DNA of 55,747 nucleotides from Perkinsus olseni (Eukaryota): NCBI GenBank assembly GCA_013115125.1, contig JABANN010000184.1, positions 1 to 55,747 of the forward strand, read 5' to 3'. Shown piece by piece: positions 43,761 to 55,747 of this stretch (position 1 is its first letter; each line of letters starts with the position of its first letter). The notes under the pieces were generated by a model. It saw only the letters and a program-made list of their open reading frames with translations, ran no database searches and was not told where the DNA came from. The position numbers and the translations under genes were made by a program.

Positions 43761-46578
43761 TCACGGCCTTCCCCCGCTGGCTCTCTCGAGGACCTCCAAG
43801 ACCGAGGAATGGCCACTCTCTCGGGCGACGTCGAGGGGCGTCTTTCCGGCCTGAGCGGCGATGGAGCCCCGTCTCTACTCTGAGCCCGTTGGCTTTGCTT
43901 ACAGCATCGGCTGCTAAGGGGTCACCGTTACGAGCCAACAGATACGATACCTACCATGTGACATGAGGACAGCCACGGACTGCCAAGGCCAACTACTATG
44001 TCATCCCGGCCCTCCTGAGCAGCCCAGTGTAGGGCTGTCCATCCGTCAGCCCACCTCAACGCCTGCCAGCCGTGCACATCCACCGCTCGAAGTGCTTCTG
44101 CGAACCTGCCTCCGCCACAGTGCGGCAGGCGTGTAGCCGATAGGCCGCCCTCACTGTTCCGGTACGTCCCGATAGACGCCCTCCTCTTCAGAGTTATCAT
44201 CGAGCTCATGGGCCTCACGGTGTCGGTCGAAGAGCTGCACTATCTTCCGATTGCCGATATTCCGCGCAACTTCCACAGGGGTCCGGCCTCTCTAACACGG
44301 AAAAGTGGAAGCACTGCTGCTACGCCTTCCTCGTCCACTACAGCGTCCGAGGCATTCGGGTCGGCTCCCTTGTAGAGCAAATACTGGCATATCCGATAAT
44401 GGTTCTTCTGGGCAGCCCAGTGCTGAGGAGACTGATAGACTGACGCCAGCGGCCGATGATGACCTCACCAGGGCAGTCCATCCCTCGCTCCATTTGAGGG
44501 TTCGGTAGCCGTGCTTTTCGACGGCATGAAGGGCACGCTGATACACCTCCGGGATATCTTTACAAGACAGTGATCTACGCACGCGGAAGGTTCACGGCAG
44601 AAATTACTGGTCAAATTGAGGTCGGTCACACTGGTCGGAGGTCCAGAGTATCGAGCCGACAAGTGGGAATCTTCATCAGGGTGGGAGGGTCCGTACATGC
44701 CGACCTCCTGGCCATCGTCCGTTGCTCTGGCAGTCGCGAAAGCTGAGCTGGTCGGGCCCCCCTTGCTTTGCCAATCCGAAGCCGGAGAGACGAACTGGTC
44801 CATCTGAGTCAGGTTCGTCAGTAGCAGCGGAAGACGCCCTCTCACTGAGGTCGGGGAATCGTCCCTGTAGATGGGGCCGTCACTGGTCGCCGCTCGAGGA
44901 TCGGAGTTGCTTCGAAGATGTGAGGCGTGCTGCGCCTCGAGGAACTCTTCTTGCTGCCGCAGCGCCTTCAGACTCGACACTGTCTTCAATGAGTCTGATC
45001 GAGAGGTTTCTCTCCGGTCGAATGACGAGCTTCACCTCGAGGGCCGCTACTCAGGTTGGGCACCGTCATGGCTGTGTCCACCGCTTGCATGCGCTCATAG
45101 TCGGGGACGGTACCACTGGGCTCTGCAACCATGCACATAGTCGATACACCAGCCACAGCACTTACCGGCTGTCCTCGTCGAGGACATCACAGAGGCTGCT
45201 GACTTGGACAGGGGCCCCTCAGCAGACTGCAGGGCCGCCGCGGTGAAGCTGTCAGCTCTCTCGTAGTCGGGTTCCGATGATGCGTGGTTCCGCCCCGGGC
45301 CTGGACGTAGGCGAGCCGGTGTCCCGTACAGCGTGGAGTCGGCCCTACTGGCGTCGATTGATCTCTCTCGAGCGTCTGTCTGTCGGTCGCGGTTCTGGTG
45401 GCTCATGACGTACTGTCTGGCCGGCAGGGCCGCTGGGACCTGTCCAAGGGACTGAGCCAAGGTAAGGCGAAGCATGACCGACCGTGTTCACTGAAGAAGT
45501 GAAGGGCCCTCGGCGAGGGGACCTGCGGGCCGAAGAGACCGGCCTCTCTGGGGACGCCTCCCACTGAGAACATAACGACATTCCGCTATTGCAAGCAGCA
45601 GCAGGAGGAATGCATCACTCGCTGGTCAGTAGCAACAGGCCTCGCGTGAGTTTCTTTCGGAGATTCGGCCCTGTCATGAGGCACACTAGTCGATGAAATC
45701 ACTGTGGGTGGTAGAGAAGGGGTAGTGGAAGGGAGGCTCGGCGGGCGGCTGCCCTCGAGTGCTGCGGGTGGCGGCGCCCTAACATTGGAGTAATCGGAGC
45801 ATCGTGTTACTTCACACTCACATTCTGGCACCATTGCTGGGGCAGCTGGACTCGTGATGCACTTCCTCGGCCATCGAGCCAAGACTCCCGCTCTGTACAG
45901 CCTTTTCCGCATCTAGCCAAGGGCCATTAAATACTGATATGATGGGCAGCCGATCCGTACCAGGACCGCGGGATTGTAGGCCAAGCAGGTGAATCAGCTG
46001 CCTTCTCAGCTCCTCCGCCTCAGCGATTGTGGCCTCGACCTCCGCGTGATGAGCATTGACCTAAGATTCCTCCTCGTACACGGCGGAGCGATGCAGCAGC
46101 CCTCACTCTGGCGTGGACGTCACCAACAGCCCCAGGTGGGATGCCAGGCACGCCAGAGGTCGCTAGAGGGGGAGGAGGCATGCCGACCGGCAGACCGAGG
46201 AGGTTACTAGAAGGGTGCATGGCAAGGGGACCACTCCCGATCTGATGGACGAAACCGTAGCCGAGCGGCGAGAAGTCCTCCCCTCACAAGTCGGGGTGGC
46301 GAGGCCGTCTGGAAGGTCGGAGACGGTGGCAGGCCTAGCGGTGTGGGAGGGGGAGGGAGGAGCTGATTTGTCGTGAGGGATGGGAAGCAGCCAGCTGCGG
46401 CCTGGCAGGGTCGAGTCAGATCCGTCGATGTAAGTTCAGCTACGTTCGGAGAGGCTGTGGGGTAGGGGTTGAAGCCTTGGGCGGTGAGATGGTGCTGGTT
46501 GCCTGTGGCGTCCAAGGGGAGAGGGAAGGGTGCGAGCCCTTGTTGCGTGAGGGGCATGGCATGGCCACCGTGGATCAT
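43761..46578 (-). CDS. ankyrin-repeat protein with Pro/Ser-rich N-terminus (multi-exon)
   Basis: Two GWTALHWAA-type repeats and GKTPLDVARESGH. The 5' boundary is uncertain. Confidence 0.65.
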
Positions 46579-46921
46579 GGTAAAACTGTACTGCTACTGG
46601 GGAAAGTGGCATCAGTACAAGGGTCCGAGTTAGTCGAAATCACCATCATCGTATGAGGGGGATGAGGCGAGCCCTGCGGGAAGCATCCGACACTGCTCCG
46701 GCAACCTTCAAGAATACTAGTGTCTGCGAACTCGACAGCAGCCCGGGACTATCCCCCCGTCGCAACTCAACAACTTGCGTGATGAAAAACTCTACCTTGA
46801 GGCTTTTACTGGTATGCCTCGAGTGAATAGGTCAGTATGATTCACAATCGTGGGCGGCAAGTACGTCTATCAAGTATACCAACAGCAGCCGCGGCAAGAA
46901 CGGAAACAGGGAGCGCAGAGG

Positions 46922-47668
46922 TCACATGGGGGCGCCTTGAAGGCGATCATTTATCCGTACTAAAAACTTCATACGGTTAACTTCCTTCTTCACCGCGTCC
47001 CAGTCGTGAGCCTCGTCACACAGCGTCACCAGGCGGGCCTCGCAGGCCTTTAATCTATCGTTGTTCTCTCGGGTGATTCTCTGTAGCTCCTCCTCATCGC
47101 CATCAGCATCATCGACCTCCTCATTGTACTGGAACATCTCCACTAACACGCTCGGCTCGGGCTTACTCTCATCGCCTTCTGAATCAACATTAATGCCAGC
47201 ATGCAGTTCAAGGAGATGGACCGCCCTTCTCAGTGGTGACCTCAGCACGTTAATAGCGTCGTTGACCAGTGCCGAGTGGGCCGCAGCGACGTCGGTGTCA
47301 GCGCCCTCCACACTCGCGAGCTTGTCAGGGTGCAATCTTGTCTGCCACTTCCGGTAGCTCTGCTCGGCCACTGTGGTGTCCAAGTTGAATTTATGAGGCT
47401 GATCGAGTAACTGGAAGTAGTCCACCGGGCAAGCATTGGGCTTGGGGGGCTGCAGGGAGTCGCATGAGGGACAGAACGGCGAGTAGGAGCTGCTAACGAA
47501 GTGGCACTTAGGGCAGTCCAGACAAGGCGTGTAGTCCTTCACTTTAGTAGACGAGCAAGCCGGGCACCCTTCCGGTATAGCCTGGTTGGTGGTAGGCGTG
47601 GTGAACCGCCGGTAAAGAGCCTGGCGGGGAAGGATACGGCGGATTCGGCAATGGTGACGAGAGAGCAT
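46922..47668 (-). CDS. HSCB: mitochondrial Fe-S co-chaperone HscB/Hsc20/Jac1
   Basis: Targeting peptide, Cys-rich finger, DYFQLL, LHPDK J-domain, LRSPLRRAVHLL, RMKFL. Confidence 0.9.
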   Translation of the reverse strand: MLSRHHCRIRRILPRQALYRRFTTPTTNQAIPEGCPACSSTKVKDYTPCLDCPKCHFVSSSYSPFCPSCDSLQPPKPNACPVDYFQLLDQPHKFNLDTTVAEQSYRKWQTRLHPDKLASVEGADTDVAAAHSALVNDAINVLRSPLRRAVHLLELHAGINVDSEGDESKPEPSVLVEMFQYNEEVDDADGDEEELQRITRENNDRLKACEARLVTLCDEAHDWDAVKKEVNRMKFLVRINDRLQGAPM

Positions 47669-48450
47669 TCGGGAGGAGAAATTAAAACTGCTGGGAAAAG
47701 GCTCATCGTCACTGGGAAGGTAGTTGGTAGCTTGAACTCAACATGGGAAGCGTGAGGGACACAGTCATACGAGATGGTCATGGGAAACAGCCTGAGCGCG
47801 GAGGGCGCACAGCACACAGCTTTGGTCGAATAACCCTACTCTACCTCTAATTCTACGATAGAGTATACGGACGATAAATACAGCGGGCGAACAGCCCGGG
47901 CGATAACGTTGAACTGAGCACAAAGAACAGTAGCAGCAGAACTGCAGTAGTACGGCAGAAGGGATCATGAGGTGAGGACAGTTGCAGTAGGGCAAGAGAA
48001 AGAAGCTACCGTGTTAACGAACGAGATGAAGCATAGACGATTGCGAACAGATTCTAGGACCAACATAGTCAAATAGGGGTGTTTACAGTACTGTTACAGC
48101 AGTCGTGACGGCAGTCCCGAGGAGAGGACTGTCATAGTCACGACCAATCCCCAAGAGGGATTACTAGACTATGATTACTAGACTGGTGTTTAAAGTGAGT
48201 GGAAAAATAACGACTAGTCGTTAAGGGACAGCAATGGTTACGAGTAATGGAAAAATGCAACTCTAGAGAGGATGAATGTCATGTTGTTAATTGGATCTCA
48301 GCCACAACCGAGTGCTGATGCTTCTTGCTGGGCGGCCGACGAACCTGTCAATGGTCAGTGATGGCGAGGTCACACAAAGCGATTCAAAACGGTAGAGCTC
48401 CTCCAGTCAGCAGGTAGCTTCGTAAACGATGGACTGACTAGGTACTCTGT

Positions 48451-50982
48451 TCAGTCTTCTTGAAGGCAATGGTTAGCGATCTCCGTGGCGGTGGACAGGC
48501 ATTGCTCCTCTTCCTCATTCCTAGTGCTCTCGTATGATACTGAATCCACGGCGGGCCTGAGGGGTCCCTTACGAGACTCTCCCGCCCTGTGAGCAGCCAT
48601 CGGTGCGTCTACCGATGAACGCTCCAGCAGCCAGTCGGCGGTGTTCGACGACGAGGTTTCGCTCCTTCGCTGTCTGTTGGCATTGAGGAAGGAGCTGAGC
48701 ATGGTGGACGGAGGAGTGAACAAAGGCGATGGTTGGACCCCAGCAAGACAGATCGCGACAGGGAATCATCCTCATCCCTTCGGACCGCTCTCACAGCCTA
48801 CCAGAATCAAACAGCAGCAGTGGGGCACCACCGTCAGAAGCGTGTCTGGAAAGGTGAGGCCTGACAGTGGACACCACTCCTGCTGTTGCAATGGTGGTAG
48901 CACGTTGGTAGCAGGGCGAAGTCTATCTTGGATGCCTCCGTGGACACTCTCGTCTCAGTTTTGTCACCGACCGACCTTGCAGACTCTGAACACTCGAGTC
49001 GGTCAAAGAATCGGAGGGCGTATTTTCACTCGCGCGCTTCGGGAGAGGTCGAGGCGCCTGTCCGACTGTCTGGTCGTGCGTACCCAGCAGTACTGGTGAC
49101 CCCTTGGTCATCGTTTGAGTCAGGGGCGTACTCATCGCAACCAGCGGGCGGTAACTATCAAAGGCCGCTGTTGAGCCAGCCTTGGTCGGGGTAGATCACC
49201 AGGCCGGAAGTTGCTGGGCAGCTCCTCGAGACAGGCTGTTGAGTATGGACTCGATCCCATGGCATTTAGCGTACCTCACACTAGCACTGGCGGCAGCAGC
49301 ATCAGCTGAAGAAGGGAGGCTCACGAAATCCTGGCCGGGCGTTGTTCTTTCACGGAGCTCTGCGACCACCAGCGACCTAACATCCACCAACTGGACCACC
49401 CTCCCCAGCAGCGACGCCCCTGACCTTCGAATATCCCGTACAAGGCTTCTATCATGGCTGCCTCCTTGACGTTGGCGAACACGTAAGTGCTGGACTCCTT
49501 CTGACGGACGTCATAAGGCATGTAGATGTAATCGATCATGAAGACGTTGTAGCCCGCATTGCCGATGGCCTGGGATGGTATAGCGGTGATGGTGACGATG
49601 ATGACGAGCTGATCTGACCTCGACCAGCTCAGCGAAGAGCATGGGTTGGGTGTAGTTACGGGGGACGTTGCGTATCATGACGGCTGTACGGTTGTCCACA
49701 CCCAGTTTGACCTGCCGCCACGGTACAAGGCCATAGTCAGGGAGAGAGTACCTTCTGGAGATCTATCTCGAGAGACTCTCGCCCTTCATCACAGGAGGGG
49801 CTACGACGTCTACGACAGGGACATCGATGAACCGGGTGCCAAAATGCGCGGTCAACTGCTGGGAGAGGGCACCTGTGGCCAAAGTTTCCAACTGCTTCCA
49901 GGTCTCTTAGCTCGACCACTCTGAAGCCGTAGCGAGAGTATCTAAGGTTAAACCCTGCCTAAGACAAGGAAGGATCATACTGCTCGTTACAGAGTCATAG
50001 CCCAGCTGTAGGTGTCCGGTAAGCTGGGCAGGATGGGCGCACTGTGACTGTGAAAGTTCATGGCCTTGCGCATGCGTGCAGCGGAGCGCAGGTCGTAAAA
50101 CTCGATCGTATACCTGTCGTCCACAGGCAACCGAGAGAGGGTTTCAGTGTGGTGACCTGCCGGCTGGGGAGGGGAAGCGAGGGTCGTCCAGGGCAGTGGG
50201 GAGCACCGAGCCCTCAGATCGATGTCTGAGTAGAGGCGGCTGGCCCATGGCGACCAGTGGACGGCCGAGGTCCTCGCCGACACTGGGTGGTGACTTGGAC
50301 ACTGTACGAACTTCGCCGTACTGAGGTGGTGGCAGCTGAGGGGTAGCGAGTGTGGAGATGCGGGAGTGTTACATATTCAGAAGCAGAGCGTAGGTTAGCC
50401 ATCAAGGCTTGCTCTGACTCGGCCTTGTACTCTCGCAATACGGACTCTGGAGGCACCACCACGCGCAAATGAGCTGAAAAGAATTCAATTTCTAAAATTC
50501 AATCTTCAATCCGTAACGTGCAATAGTAGACGCACTAGCAAGCCAACCGGTGGTAACTTCGGAGAGACTTCCCAGGATTTACTTAAGGGTCGAGTTAGAA
50601 ACTCTCAAAGCGACCGCGCGATCGATTCTGAGAGCGACGACGGTCGGCTCGCCAAACGCCCCCTTCCGTGCCAGATCATCGAGCGGTAGACTCACCGGAC
50701 GGGTCGGCAACGACCTCCACCGCCTTCACCTTGAGGCCAGCGTTTGACGAGGTATGGTAGACATGCTGCTCGAGCTTGGGGACCAGTCGGTAGTCGTACA
50801 AGCCCACCCTGATAACAGTAGTGCTACGCATGAGAGGATGATAGCCCTACTTCACACCACCGCCAGTAGTAGCGGCATCAATGGTGCATATCTCGCTGAG
50901 TAGAGGCTGCAGTAGTGATGCTACCTTACCAAGGCAAACCTCAGCCTCGTGGAAGATGATACTCAGCTGACCTGATAAACGG

Positions 50983-51014
<32 letters not shown>

Positions 51015-51162
51015 CTCCCTTCGAACGTGGACGGCAGCGAAACTGCCAGAGGGAACCAATCATGTGCTTCTCCCTCTCACCAGAAGCCAATAGGTAAGCG
51101 TCCATGGCCGACGGTTTGGGTCTGAACAGCCTCTCAGTGGCGACACTGTAGTCGACAGACAT
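48451..51162 (-). CDS. Mei2-like RRM RNA-binding protein (multi-exon)
   Basis: IEFYDLRSAA (RRM2-like); DNRTAVMIRNVPRNYT, IDYIYMPYD and VRYAKCHG (Mei2 RRM3-like). Confidence 0.75.
50983..51012. repeat. (CAG/GCT)n trinucleotide repeat encoding poly-Ala in the Mei2-like gene
   Basis: About 9 consecutive AGC units. Confidence 0.85.
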
Positions 51163-52935
51163 ACTCAGGTTGATGCAGAGGCGAATACCTCACAGTCTGA
51201 GTCGAACCCCGCTGTTGGCACTCACTTCAACCAAACACCTCTAAGATGCAGCACAAAACAACAACGGGCGTCACAGCTATGATCTAGAAACGCCTTCGCG
51301 CCTAGTCGGTCGTCTCATCAATGTGACGATTTAAACCTCTTGTTTGGTCATCCAGCTCTATGACTCGCCTTGTGTACAACATAATTTAGCTGTATCGACC
51401 CGATAAGTTACTATGGTTTCTCGCCTGTTGAATAGAGCGTTGGGTTGATCAATAGTGCCTGTCCAGATTAATACTGATTCTGAGTGGCACTATTGAACAT
51501 GGTGTCTGGTTGACCTTAAGGTTCTCTTACCCCGAAGACCACTGATGAGTACTCGTGGTTGTGGACGCAACACTTGAGGATAGTCCATCAGATCGTCAAA
51601 TCAAGTAGATAACAGTGAAGAGCGAGTATTACCAAATTAATGAACATGAGAACAGCACGTGTATATGGTCAATTGCTCACTGCCGTGACGGCAGTGCCGT
51701 CCTGTTGCACTTAAGGAGTGTGGTACGACCAGGCACTTCCCGCGTGCGCGGCCACGAAGCACAGATCACTCCCGAGACTCGCTGTGATCCTCTTGGGCAT
51801 GGCTGAGAACGTATCTTCCATCGGAGCAGTGAGCTCCAACCGATGCAAGCTTGTTTGCCCGGGTTGGAATAACCCTGAAGCGAGGAAGGGCCGCCCAGGC
51901 AGTTCTCACTCGACCAAACTTCAATCATCGAGATAATTATCATGATGTTATTACTAAACTATTGATATAATTTATTACCACATATCTACCTAGTTTATTC
52001 TATTACAATAGATATCCTTTTATACTATCTATTACATTGTTAGCATTTAATTAGAGAAGCTCCTACCAATGTGAGGCTATGCTCCCCCTTCGGCCGGCTG
52101 TCAACTCTCACTTGCATTCTCGGTGCAACAAGGCAATCAGTCAGTCATTCGCAATTCTCCAAAGAACTTTGTTAGGACATCGATCCATCAACACGCTCAA
52201 CAAAGCAGCGTCATCCTCCTCCTTCGTGTGAGCAAGGAGCGCTCACAACAGGACGGACGACATAGAATCCAGTTCATGGGCAGTTCAAATGCTCTAGCCA
52301 TAACGAACGACATGCGACCCGAACAGATTCAACACTAACACGAGCGTTGGCTACCTCTACTACTCTCTCACAAGGGAATATCCAACTTGCTGTCGGGCGA
52401 TACTGTGGGAGACGGCCAGAGAGGAGGGTCGGCAAGCTGCTGCTACCAACGGCCCGCAACGGGAGGCCTAAACTCAACCTGTTATTGAGACTTACTAGAA
52501 TCCAACAGCATAGTTCTTCTACACAAGAACAACAGCATCATGAACTTCAATAAAATGCAAACACGCAGTAAAATTCGATAAAGTGGCTCAGAGAAAGGAC
52601 GCTTAAAAAGGAGTTGTGATGACCTATTCTGGACTCAGCATATTTACACGACTGACTGGAGGTTTCATAGTCAGACCCGTGACTAATAAGGGTAAAAGAA
52701 ATAGTCAACCCGCTATCACAAAATCCGACGAATTCCCTCGGAACTGCATCACGGTCACTGAGGTCCCAGCACGTTCGGCGGTCAGCTTCCGCAGTGACGA
52801 TCCAACACATGAATCACCGCCCACAAGGCGCGGTTAGCTCATAACGCTCCAACGGCGGGGGTCGAGAGCGAAATTCCTCGCAAATGATATACAGTAGAGG
52901 TTCGCCTTACCCGCTACGGCCCTGAGATCTAGCGG

Positions 52936-53547
52936 TTGAGCAAAACTCGCAGAGCGTCGGCCGGACCCGCTTATAGCCCAGCAGAGTCAGCGGCATCTGA
53001 TGAAGGGGAGCTGGCTGGCGCCGCCCCTATCCCACAGGGAGCAACAACAGTGGACACTTTTGAAATGCTCCAGGCCGAGCTATCCAAGCCCAACGATGAC
53101 TCGTCAGTGAGCGGAAGGATACGGGAGGAGGAAGATGATGAGGGTACTACGCCGAAAGCCGTGGATGGCATTTCCGTGACGAAGGATACTCTCCGGAGTC
53201 AATTCCTCGCAGCATCTCAGGAGAGAGCGCCAGATATGTTGCTCACTCTCGAGGGAAGAACGATAACTTTACTAAGATTATCACCGCCTGCCATGACCTC
53301 CCAAGTACTCGAATTCGCGGGGTCTTTTGGTGGTGCCGCCGATGTAGTTGCGCTCGCCATCGAAGGGGCGTGGGATCAATCCCCGGTGACGACAATTCTG
53401 AATTTTCTCTTTCAAGGAGCTAGTAACCCAGAGGTAAGCTGCGTCGGGGTCAGCTCACGCTCCTCACACTCCTCACGTAAGGTCACTGAGGGTCGGCCTA
53501 CGTGGAATGAGGAGCAACTTCTCACCTTCCTCAGGGACCACGCGTGA
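52936..53547 (+). other. 203-codon open frame of unknown nature
   Basis: Protein-like composition with an acidic, disordered N-terminus. No early ATG and no recognised motif. Confidence 0.3.
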
Positions 53548-54298
53548 AGACCTTACTTCGAGGAAGGAGGCTGAGGACCTTACGCCCCCGAGCCTCCTTA
53601 GCTGTAACGTGACTCTCCCTCCCTGAGGAGCGGCTGAACGATGATACTTCGCTGACCTGATGAGGACTGCAGCATCAGCCTTTGCGAACATGCACGGCAG
53701 TCTCGAGAGTGTCAGAGAAAAACCAATCACGTGCTTCTATCTCACCAGAAACCAATAGAGTATGTGTGTTTTGCTTATCATTCGCTCACTGTCGGCTGAT
53801 GTGGTCATTAAATTTGGCGCGGCCAATCCGCTCCCCCAACTGCAGTAGGCGCCTCCTGAGCAACTGGGCATAAACAATAGAGCCCAGATCTATCCCGGAC
53901 CTTCACCGCCCAAAATCGCAGCACTCACCAACGGTTCTCGTGCTGCTATCACTTGTGAAGAATGAACCTCTCTTCTTAGCGATGCCGGGGGGCGAGTAGT
54001 ATGTTAGGTTGATGGTGGCTAAGCATGAAGAGCTTCTCAGTGTCGGCTGGAGTCGGCCATACTACGAATGCTGCTCGATTAGGTAGTACATGGAAGGCAA
54101 CCAAACCGGCATTGAAACCACGATGAACCCAACAGGCGAGTATCAATCACACATATCTACAACAACATCAACAACAACGTCGTTAACATGATGACGAATC
54201 CTCGCGCAAGAGCCAGGCTCCATCAGAGTTATTAACATTGATAAATCGAGAAAAATCTAGATAGTCTGAGGCTATCAGCCTCCGATGGCGCCCCATAC

Positions 54299-55255
54299 TC
54301 ACTGAGGCCTCCGGAGGATAGTTACAGCCGATACCTCCTCGCGCAGCCACTTCTCGCGTTTGGTTGCGAGGGCGGCGGTAGCAGCCTGCAGGTCGAGGTT
54401 GTAGCAGAAGTCCTCGAACGAGCCATACTCATTTTTGATCATCGCCAAGACAGCGGAGCACATCTCTGGAATCACGACCGTCACGGCCTCTTCCTCAACC
54501 TCTGCCTCAGATTTCTCCACGTCAGCGTAAATTGCCTTGCCGTCCCCTGCATCGATCTCAATTCCCGTCGATTACCGTCGGAGTGGACAAGGATGTCTTC
54601 CCTCTCTGCTTAGCGTAGGAGTACAAGGTGCGCATTTGCTGGCTGAAATCGACTTTAAGGTGACTAAGCGGGTCGCGGCCGGTGTCTCCGGGAGGGGCAT
54701 TGTTGAAGGAGAGTATTTCTTGATGACGTTGGTAGAAGACTTTGTAAGACGAGAGAGCATGGCCACCTGGCATCCACCTGAAGACAAAGTTTGGCACCAT
54801 CGTGTCGATAATGATACCAATCATCAACGACAGCAACTACAACTACTACTTACTGGACTTCGAAGTTTTCCCGGTAATCTTTCTTAGGGCACTGGATCTC
54901 CGCCGTTTTAACGGCGTTCCCTCGGATAGAGAATTCTAACGAGGCAAAGCGCAGCGTCCCAATGTCGCCATTTGAATAATAGCAATCAGTATGATTCTTG
55001 GTACTGATGTAACTGGTCATAAAACTTAGCGGGGGGTAGTCCTCAGATGGGAACACTCAGCAACCACCAGCAGCCAGGACAGAAGCGGATGTATTATAAA
55101 GTCCACGAGATGGATGACTACATACGAGGACGGACTCTCGCTCCAAGAAGGTAGACATTGACCGGAGCTCTTACGTCATGGGGGAGAACTGATCCAATTC
55201 CGTGCGTGAGGGGCAAGAGGGCTAAAGCTGCTACGCCGGTGGTGACAATGGTCAT
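54299..55255 (-). CDS. hypothetical secreted lineage-specific protein (multi-exon or decayed)
   Basis: Signal-like MTIVTTGVAALALLPLTHG followed by consecutive same-strand frames (54850-55056, 54558-54836, 54299-54520). Confidence 0.4.
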
Positions 55256-55747
55256 TCGGGTGTTATCAACAACACTGAGGGGAGGGTTGACGATTGCAGC
55301 AGGCGGCTGATGGTCCTCAACAGGGCCACCATAGCTGGTAACTGCTGACTGTGTGTGAAGACAGGAGGGAATCTTATGGGCCATGGAGATGGTCTACCGT
55401 GTGTTGACCAAACCCATCCAAATCCTCCTTCAGATGGTGGCCTGAGGCATCTAACCGGAGTGACCTCGCATTACTACCAACTGCTACCCTGCCCGCGCTG
55501 CAGCCCCCACACAGCGGGAGATTACACCGGCAATTGACGTGTTGGCCACCACTAAGGGGTGATAAGCGACTTGCTCGTCATGATGATCAGTATTGCCTGA
55601 CGGGACTACCACACCATGCCCAATTCCAGGTTGGGCATTTCCGCCTCATCCACCTATTCCAATCGCCCTACCCTCCCATCAACTTTTCGCTGCCACTAAT
55701 TCGCTCGCCCCGGCCACTTTTTCGCTACGCCTAGCCACTAATCCACT

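Noticed and set aside
48160-48184. Short tandem duplication GATTACTAGACT
   Set aside because: Only two copies; simple slippage, not an array.
51197-51207. GGTTCGACTCA in a putative 5'-UTR intron of the Mei2-like gene
   Set aside because: Mismatch at a conserved position and no AAGGTY extension; too weak to count.
51925-52050. AT-rich low-complexity stretch
   Set aside because: No periodicity or structure supporting a defined element.

Overview
Compact, intron-rich eukaryotic genomic DNA, most likely from a Perkinsus-like alveolate. This is inferred from the short GT-AG introns, gene style and gene content, and is not verified. All recognisable genes from 1 to 32.4 kb lie on the minus strand: a TruD/PUS7 synthase, two tandem GGCT-like genes that appear fused to a cytochrome-b5/MAPR-like domain, an NHL-repeat gene, tRNA-Ser(GCT), three intronless subtilisins, Pol III subunit RPC3, a DUF726/TMCO4-like gene, PLRG1/PRP46 and RPL3. 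A divergent switch leads to plus-strand HslU and an ABCA transporter. A convergent switch then leads to minus-strand ankyrin, HscB and Mei2-like genes. The most striking unexplained signal is in the housekeeping block (19.4-34.7 kb). About ten tRNA-3'-half-like B-box elements (often AAGGTY-N3-GGTTCGAWYCC, with broken T-stems) lie there, mostly inside very short introns or next to start codons, and five of them are in or at the Pol III subunit gene itself. Three further recurrent intronic motifs accompany them (GCGGAGCGAAG, GCGCCACGAAATT, GGGCGAGCGAAATTT). Together they look like an intragenic TFIIIC/ETC-type regulatory system. Exon structures were read by eye, so spliced-gene boundaries are approximate.
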